Shown: positions 55,880 through 64,000 of the stretch, in pieces
How positions within the stretch are numbered: the first letter of the stretch is position 1
How the letters are laid out: the number at the start of each line of letters is the position of its first letter
Source of the DNA: Octopus vulgaris
Taxonomy: Eukaryota
Length of the DNA: 64,000 nt
Reading direction: 5' to 3'
NCBI GenBank assembly: GCA_951406725.2
Contig: OX597825.1
Coordinates: 86,676,001 to 86,740,000 of the forward strand
The notes under the pieces: model-generated
The model's input: only the letters and a program-made list of their open reading frames with translations
Database searches by the model: none
Told to the model about the DNA's origin: nothing
Made by a program: the position numbers and the translations under genes

Positions 55880-57590
55880 TACTACAAATAGATTTTCTGG
55901 TGATTTTTCTGTTTTGCTTGGAAGTCGTTGAAAATCTGGCTGCCATGTTGGTAAGTCTGTGAATTATCGCTGTTCGGTGTTTGTTTGTAAGGATTGTTCG
56001 AGGTTTCAACTCCACTTCCTTCGCTACAGTTATTCATGTTTGGATGGGACGAAGAAAACTGACAAGTGTCACATTCTTCTTTTTTAGTTTCAGATATGTT
56101 ATGCCTGGAACTTTGTTCCAGAACTCAGTCGTAGACTGAGATTGGTGGAACATCTTTAAAACCAGGCCATCTTTTAATTCTATAAGTTCTAGTTGCACAA
56201 CCAATGGTTATATAGCGAGATTTTCGAGAAATGAAACAACCATCATTGATAACATTAACCAGGAATGGATTTTAAGTAAAGACGAAGCAAGGTTCCGATT
56301 TCTGCAAGCCATTAACATCTGACCAGGAAACACGCTCGCGTTTCTTGTAAACTATCTTTAGTCTTCCATTTTCTTTCGTTTCACTCTCAACGAATTTCAT
56401 TTCCCTCGCGTACAGACACCAGGAAAGTGACTTGAGTAATTTGACAATCTAGCTTTTTGGAAAACTAATATTATTCTGAAAGCTGAAGATTTTTTATGAT
56501 CAGAAACACTCTTATCTTTCCTCTGGAGTGCTATATTGAGAACTGGTCGATAATTCCTTAAATCAGTTAAGGTACATCAGATCCTGGATCCTGGCATCAT
56601 TCCCAGCTGAAGATAGAATATTTTCTGTTAGAAAATTAGTAATAGTCTCTAGCAGATGCACAAATCAACTCAAGTTGTTGTTTGACTACCATCCTCCAAT
56701 GCAGTAGAAAGTGATGTCACTCGGTTTATTTTCAAGCTCCAGTTCTTCAATAAAATTTCCCAAAATGTGGGTTGGTTTTTCCATTTAAGAATACAAAATT
56801 TATTCTTTCAGCGACAGATTCCATGACATCTTCATACTTGAAGGATCTGGCTGTCAGCTTTTCCCGATGAATAATGCATTTTACAGGAAGAAACTGGTAA
56901 TCGGGGATTATTTTCCATAAATGCTATTAATTCTGAATTTCCGTCTCATTACTATGGCAACTACGACACGAGTTTATTCAGTAAAACGCCAACATCTGTC
57001 ATGGCTCTGTCAAACACATTTGTCATCGAATCGCTTCCAACATCTTTTGCTTCACAGGAAACAAACAAATCCCACCTTTCTGGTTTGTCTTGTATGTCTG
57101 TAAACTTGTCAAGAATTCAAGCGAATGAAAGAGAATTGTTTAAATCATTTTGTCTGGGATTTTTATCTCTTTTCTGCGGCGTAAATTGGTGTTTGCACTG
57201 CTATTAATCGCTCAAGTTTTGTGTTTTGTGTTTTGTTAGCACTGTATCGACTTCAGTCATATCATCCTTAATAAATTCACCATCACAAACATTTGCTGTT
57301 TAACACTGAACAAAAGTCTCTGACGTTACAAAGCTGTCTCCAACATTGTATCAGCTTCGTTATTGAACGTTTCCAGCATCGGCTTCATTACTGAACGTTA
57401 CCTACGATGTCTGCTGGTTATTTATTGATGCTTTCCCTGATTTAAACGGATTATCCTGCGAAATGTTTTAGGGATTTGCTTTATAGTGATCTTTTAATGA
57501 CACATAATAGATGCTACATAATGGCTAATTTTCTTTATCTTTTACTTACTCTGGCTTAAAATAGTGCTTTCACGTTTGTATTTTCATTTC
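55880..57590 (-). pseudogene. Decayed hAT transposase (Charlie/SPIN/GTF2IRD2-like)
   Basis: KCIIHREKL (CxxH), W*S...FVHLLETITNFLTE, QDLMYL and EFWNKVP dimerisation-region traces; many disruptions. Confidence 0.75.
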
Positions 57591-58185
57591 TTTCGTAGGA
57601 CTGCCTTCCTTTCATAGAAAATCCTAAACAAAATTTTTATCTCAAGCGTACCAACTGGGCCTTCAACCTCTTATGTAGTGGACCTCGTTCGTACTCCAGA
57701 CTCCTTTTTATATTTTACGGAAAATCAAATCATTTGCACGTTTCACGATTTTATAACATTTATTAAGATATTTTTCAAGTTTTTCCCAATTTACTTCCTT
57801 CATAGAAATGGCGAAGAAGGAAGTGACTTGATTAAAATCATCTCATTAGTTATTCTGTTTTTTTCCTAAAGAGATTTCTTCAAATCCCCCCGCCTCTCCC
57901 TTCTCACCATTCCTTTTCTTAGCACTGAAAAACAAAGCTTCTACTCAGATCTATCAATAAAATTAAGTTTTAAATTTCTAAATGCCTTTCCAAACCTTAA
58001 ACTTTAAATTTACATTTTAATCCGGAGGCGCCTGAATTAATGCTCAGCAAACAATTCCAAAGATGGTGGTTTTTCTTGTTTATCTTTTTATATCAACTGG
58101 GAAAAAGCAGAAACGGATTTCGGCCCGCGTACTTCCATATTAAAGAGGCACGTGAGACTGGTGATACAAAGTTCAGTCAACACTG

Positions 58186-58630
<445 letters not shown>

Positions 58631-58697
58631 TGTAATGATTGTGGATTAATAATGGTTAAATACATCGTCTGTGAGTATGAAATTCCTCCTCTTACCG

Positions 58698-58888
58698 CTG
58701 GAAATTTAAATCTTCACTATGGATTAATTCACCTTTTCTGTGAAGCTAATAAGTCTTTAAAAACCTGTGATAAGTCTGTGCATCATCCTCCTCATATCTC
58801 TGGAAATTTAAATCTACACTATGGATTAATTCATCTTCTCTTCGAAACTAATAAGTTTTTAAAAATCTGTGATAAGACTGTGCATCAT
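58698..58888. repeat. 102-bp tandem duplication (about 1.9 copies)
   Basis: CTGGAAATTTAAATCT..ACTATGGATTAATTCA at 58698 and 58800. Confidence 0.85.
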
Positions 58889-59002
58889 CATTAAGGAACT
58901 TTGGAAAACTGTTTACAACCTATATCTGCCTCTAATGGAATTATCTCCAATATTTCATGAGTATAACCTCACCCACTAAGATGTCTAGAGAACTCATATG
59001 TA

Positions 59003-59093
59003 TTTTAGCTGATGAGTACGGGACACTTTTATCTGCTGCAATTTTTGCAACTTGTAATAAAGCCTGTCTTTGTATGAAACAATTGTACTAAAA
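59003..59093 (+). ncRNA. Type-I hammerhead with long stem II, canonical core
   Basis: UUUUAG-CUGAUGA-GUACGGGACA...UGUCUUUGUAU-GAAACAAUUGUA-CUAAAA: 6-bp stem I, palindromic ACAAUUGU stem III. Confidence 0.88.
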
Positions 59094-59130
59094 ACTAATC
59101 CATTCTTGTTGCTTCTTTCTCGTATATATA

Positions 59131-59224
<94 letters not shown>

Positions 59225-59416
59225 ATTTTTGGGACTAATGGGTATATGTCAATTAGTATGTTTAGTAAAGCACGTTCACAGTTTGGGCTACCTGGTGTCA
59301 TCCACAGTTGCGGTATATTTCCGCTGGATTTACTTCAGGAATGCCTGTGTTAGTGGAGATAATAATAATAATCGTTGAATGAAGCGGAAGATTGATTTGG
59401 CATTAGTCTTTATTCA

Positions 59417-59522
59417 ATACGACGATCGTTTCGACCTCCCCCTGGGACTGTCCTTTATAGGTGGGACGCTGTGCATCCAATTGTGTTGCATCGACCAGTG
59501 CAGTCTGGGTTACATCCGGTAC
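59417..59522 (-). ncRNA. Degenerate long-stem-II hammerhead
   Basis: GUAC-CGGAUGU-AACC...GGUC-GAAACGAUCGUC-GUAU; two core mutations. Confidence 0.45.
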
Positions 59523-59630
59523 GTACATACATAAAATGGTGTCCCGCTAAATATATTGAGTTCTCGTAGTCATGTTGATGTTTGCCCGTTCTACCAGCGA
59601 GCGTGCCAAACTGTTCCTATAGGTGACCGT

Positions 59631-59990
59631 TTACTTTGAACACTGTGCAGGGGCCGCTGTGCATTGCAGCGATCCAGCTTCTGAAAACGAGTCTAAAACC
59701 ACTTTGAAGACAGCTTCCAAGTAGCGATGATGGTCGGCCTTATCGGATGCTTTCCATTGATCTAAATTGACCAGAACGCCCCCGAAGCCAGCATTGGCCA
59801 AAGTATTAGCGAAAAGGTTGGCGCTTGTCATTGGTCCCAGTCTACCAATGACAAGCGCCAACCTTTTCGCTAACACTTTGGCCAAAATCTTAAACCTTGT
59901 GTTTAGCAGAGTTATGGGCCGAAAATTCCCTCGTAGTCCCCACTGTCGGCGTCCTTCCTCAGCCGTGTCACCGCCTCCAAATAACAGCAT
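59631..59990 (-). pseudogene. L1/Tx1-like LINE reverse transcriptase fragment
   Basis: NFRPITLLNTRFKILAKVLAKRL and LVNLDQWKASDKADH (D..KAFD.V.H). Confidence 0.85.
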
Positions 59991-60200
59991 CAGGAATTCT
60001 TATGACATAGAGAATAGTAGAGACGAGAGATTGTCTATTTCTCTCTCTTTCTTCTTTCTCTCACTCCGTCTTTCTCTTACATGTATAAAAAGAAAGGAGG
60101 GGGTCTATGCAGATATGTAAGTACGTTGCTTGTGTATTTATCTACCAACCAACCTGCCTACCTCTCCGTCTGCCTGCCTGTCTGTCTGTCTGTTTGTTGG

Positions 60201-60278
<78 letters not shown>

Positions 60279-60768
60279 GTCTTTCTATCTATCAACCTGG
60301 TTAGTTATGTATGTACGTTCGTCTGTGTCTATTTATCTACATCTATATGTATCTCTCTGGTACGGCCTTGTACTGACAGAATGGCTTTTCATTTCCCTCG
60401 CAATCACTTCGTTAGTCAGCCATTCCCATTAACAGATGATTTATGAAGCGCTCCACACTTTCCCTCCGGCTCCCGTCACCCTAACACGGAGCTCACTCAC
60501 CAGAGCACAACACCATTAAACAATCATCAGACTAAAGGAAGCAAATTGAACATTTCCGAACGGTTATACGCACTGACCAGCAGAACACGTAACGACTTAA
60601 TAATGAGTTTATGAAACAGATATATTATTTGGCTATCGCAACGACAAAACAGATGTGTTATTTGGCTATCGGAACGATACGACACCGGCAGACCAAATAA
60701 GAACGAAAAAGAAAAGAAGGAAGAATCAAACAAGCGGAAGCAAAGTTTGCAAAATGTTTCATCGTTAC

Positions 60769-60821
<53 letters not shown>

Positions 60822-61289
60822 TATATATAACTTGTTTTAGTCATTTGACTGCAGCCATGCTGGAGCACCGACTTAAAAGGCTTTTTAGTTGAAGAAATCC
60901 CTTTCTTTATTATTGGACTGGTGGTAGGTAGGTTATTTCCTCGCTAAATCCATTATCTTTTAGACCCTTATTATATGCTGGGGCAACGCTATTAAAAATG
61001 TCCCAGTCGGAGGAGAGGCTAGAAATTCTTTTGCTAATGTTTTTAACTAGATTTTAAAACACTACGGGGGAATGGCAAGAACCCACTTTAATATAACTAA
61101 GTCTATCGTTGGGCTTCCTATAAGGTTTACAAATATGCTTATTTAGATCTAGAGATACATCCAGGAAACTGACAACCGTCAGGTTGGTGTCTGTAGTTAT
61201 GCTAAGACCAAAAGTTTTCATCAATTGGATAATGTCCTTCCTAAACCGATCTTGTGCTGGTCCATTGGTATTTGTGGTTAAAGCTCCAA

Positions 61290-62010
61290 AAGATAGTAGA
61301 TTTAGCGAGGAAATAACCTATACACCTGCCACCAGTCCAATAATAAAGAAAAAGAAACATAGGAATAGGAAAACTATCTGGTTCACCCCCCTCTACTCAC
61401 CTAAAGTGACCTTCAATATAGGCAAGTATTTCTTAGCACTGATAGATAGACATTTTACAGTCAACCATAGTTACAAGACAGCTCTTCAATAGACATAACT
61501 TAAAAATCAGTTTCAGCTCAACTACTAATTTTAAAAATACAATCACACACAACACACAAAAACCACAATATGAAACCAGCTGTTCATGCAGGGATAAAAA
61601 TTTGTGCCCGCTAAATGGAGCTTGTATGTCCGAGACCATCATTTATGAAGCCACCGTGGACTCTATATCCACTAAGGACACGGTTTCGACGAAGAAATAC
61701 GTAGGCCTTACGTAGGGTAATTTCAAGGCCAGGTTCAATAATCACACCTTGAGCTTCAGGCACCAGGATAAAAGGAAAAAGACCAAATTATCCAGTCATA
61801 TATGGTCTTTAAATGATAAAGGTGTCAGTTACAACATCCATTGGAAGATCTTAGCCAAATGTAAGCCCTACACCAACAGCAGTGGAAAGTGCGGTCTTTG
61901 TGATATGGGAAGATGGCTCATCTGGAAAAGCAGCTTAGTACCCGCCATATGTCTAAATTCAAGAACTGAACTTTTCGGATCATGTCCATATGTGGCTAAA
62001 TATTTACGTT
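61290..62010 (+). pseudogene. Penelope-like element: RT-EN linker plus GIY-YIG endonuclease
   Basis: RKTIWFTPLYS...NIGKYFLALIDRHF, LFNRHNLKISFS, CSCR...CPLNGAC, IIYEATV...KYVGLT*GNFKARFNNH, LSSHIW, IHWKIL, KCGLC and LNSRTE. Confidence 0.92.
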
Positions 62011-62077
62011 TTTGGTCCCCCCGAGATTACAGATAGGACTTGCTTTCTATATTGTGACCACATACAAGCTATCTATC

Positions 62078-62156
<79 letters not shown>

Positions 62157-62431
62157 CGTATTATAAGTTTATATACACTGTCAATATTGTAAATGTAACT
62201 TTATATACTATAAGCTACTATAAAATACTAATCTCTTGGTGGACAGAAAATGTATTTTCTTTCACCAATGAAGGTTTCAGTAGAGTAAGGAGTTCGCCAG
62301 AATTGTCTTAGGAAGAAATAAAACCAGTGGCGTAGCCATTTTGCTTATAGTTCAGAACGAGACTAAAATTGTGTTTATGAAACAGTTATATCTAATGTAT
62401 GATTTTAAATTATCCAAATGCATCGTGTCAT

Positions 62432-62526
<95 letters not shown>

Positions 62527-63857
62527 GTATACAATATATATATATTATATATATATATATGTGTGTGTGTATATATATATATCCCCAAACACAACAGTAT
62601 ATATATATATATATATATATGTGTGTATAAATATATATACATGTATATATATATGTGTATGTGTGTGTGTGTTGTGTTTGTGTTTGTGTGTGTGCGTTTA
62701 TTGTTCCCATCGAATATATCACCTTATGTCGGTTGCAGCTATCGATAGTATGTTATGTGTTGAAATATCGACTTGGCCAGCAAATTTTGTTAAAAAATCT
62801 ACTTCACCTGATTCCACCTACAGAAACTGATCTGGTCCAATACTTACGTAAAAGAATCAATAGATTCACCAAACTACGATCGAAAAAAAAATCAGAAGCA
62901 GAAGCATCCGACTTTCTCTTTATTAAATTATTAAGTTCCAAGAATCAATTTATGGAGAAAAAAAAAGTTCTCACTTTTTCTCACCATTCCGTCAACTTGT
63001 GCAGCATTTAGCACATCTAAAGATTGGTAAATTAATAATGGCACATTAATAGTATTTAACGTAGTAGGAATAAAAGAATTTAGATAGAAATTATTGTAGA
63101 AGATTTCTTGAAGAACCAAAGTATCATGTTGGAAACTTAATATAAATAAACGATTATTATGATGATATTAGTGACATCTTGTGACCTCTGAAAAATCCTC
63201 TCCATGATATTCTAGAAAGAATGTATATTAAAATGGTAATCTATTATCTTCCATAAGACTTTGTTGCTGGATTTGAACTAAAAAACAAAAGATAAGAACC
63301 CATCTGACAATCAAGGATTTGTACGGTACCATCAACGTTTACATCGGAGATCGATACCTGATCGAAGTGATCTTAGCTTAGTCTGGTAAAGTTGGTAAGA
63401 TTGTGTGTCTTCGGGAACTGTCACGGTCGTTGTAGCTCTATACGTTGTCGGTTTCCTTTGATGACATAATTTCTGGAAGAGTTGCAGCGCCCATAGCCTT
63501 TTGCTGGTGACATTGAAACAGTTGGTGTTCAGTGTGAATCACTTCCGGTTGATGTCTGTAAGGAAGAGGAGTTTGGAAGGCTGAAAGAAGGAAGGATTTA
63601 GAAGGTGTTTGGGGAATGAAGGCCTGTAATGATGGTAAACACGTTGGTTTACATGATGTACATCAAGGACAGAAACAAGGGTTTCTAATGCTGCTGGTGC
63701 AAAGAAGAACGGAACACGTCGAGGGGCCAAGGTTGTACGATATCGATGAGGAAAAAGAGATTTAATAAGCAGTCGAATGGCTGCCCTGTCTTTAGATACA
63801 AAACACGTGCGCCTGCGCGCGTGTGTGTTGTAGGAGTAGTAGTAATAGTAGTAGATA

Positions 63858-64000
63858 CGAGGGGGTGCTGAAAAGTTCCTGGTTTTGTGTAAAAGAAAAT
63901 ACAACAGGATCAGTTAGTTATGGTTTTATTCAACATATTCCCCCCTCAGATTCGCACACTTCTTGCAGTGGCCCTTCAGTTTTTCTAGGCCCTGTAAAAG
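63858..64000 (-). mobile_element. Mariner-derived MITE (runs off the window end)
   Basis: TA|CGAGGGGGTGCTGAAAAGTTCCTGG; reverse complement of 1694-1913. Confidence 0.85.

Overview
AT-rich, microsatellite-saturated eukaryotic non-coding DNA. The SINE families and repeat landscape suggest a cephalopod, probably Octopus (inference). No intact protein-coding gene is supportable, and almost all long ORFs in the track are translations of (TA)n/(TATG)n/(CA)n. Recognisable content: decayed mariner, piggyBac and hAT transposons; a CRE-like RLE LINE; an L1/Tx1-like RT fragment; three Penelope-like (GIY-YIG) 3' fragments; tRNA-derived SINEs; MITEs; and several foldback palindromes. The strongest signal is about 17 type-I hammerhead ribozyme (HHR) motifs from several families, about 8 with an intact CUGANGA/GAAA/NUH core and pairable stems. 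They sit in short modules inserted in or beside (TA)n tracts and recur as convergent pairs, as same-strand tandem pairs (retrozyme-like) and inside palindromes. They include repeated core variants (U3-A8 compensation, A6U, U.U at 10.1-11.1, very long stem II). A second, weaker signal is a decayed intron-less gene cluster at 18.7-24 kb with penton-like and TFIIS-zinc-ribbon-like traces, a possible endogenous Polinton-like or large DNA virus remnant. All folds and protein assignments were made by eye.
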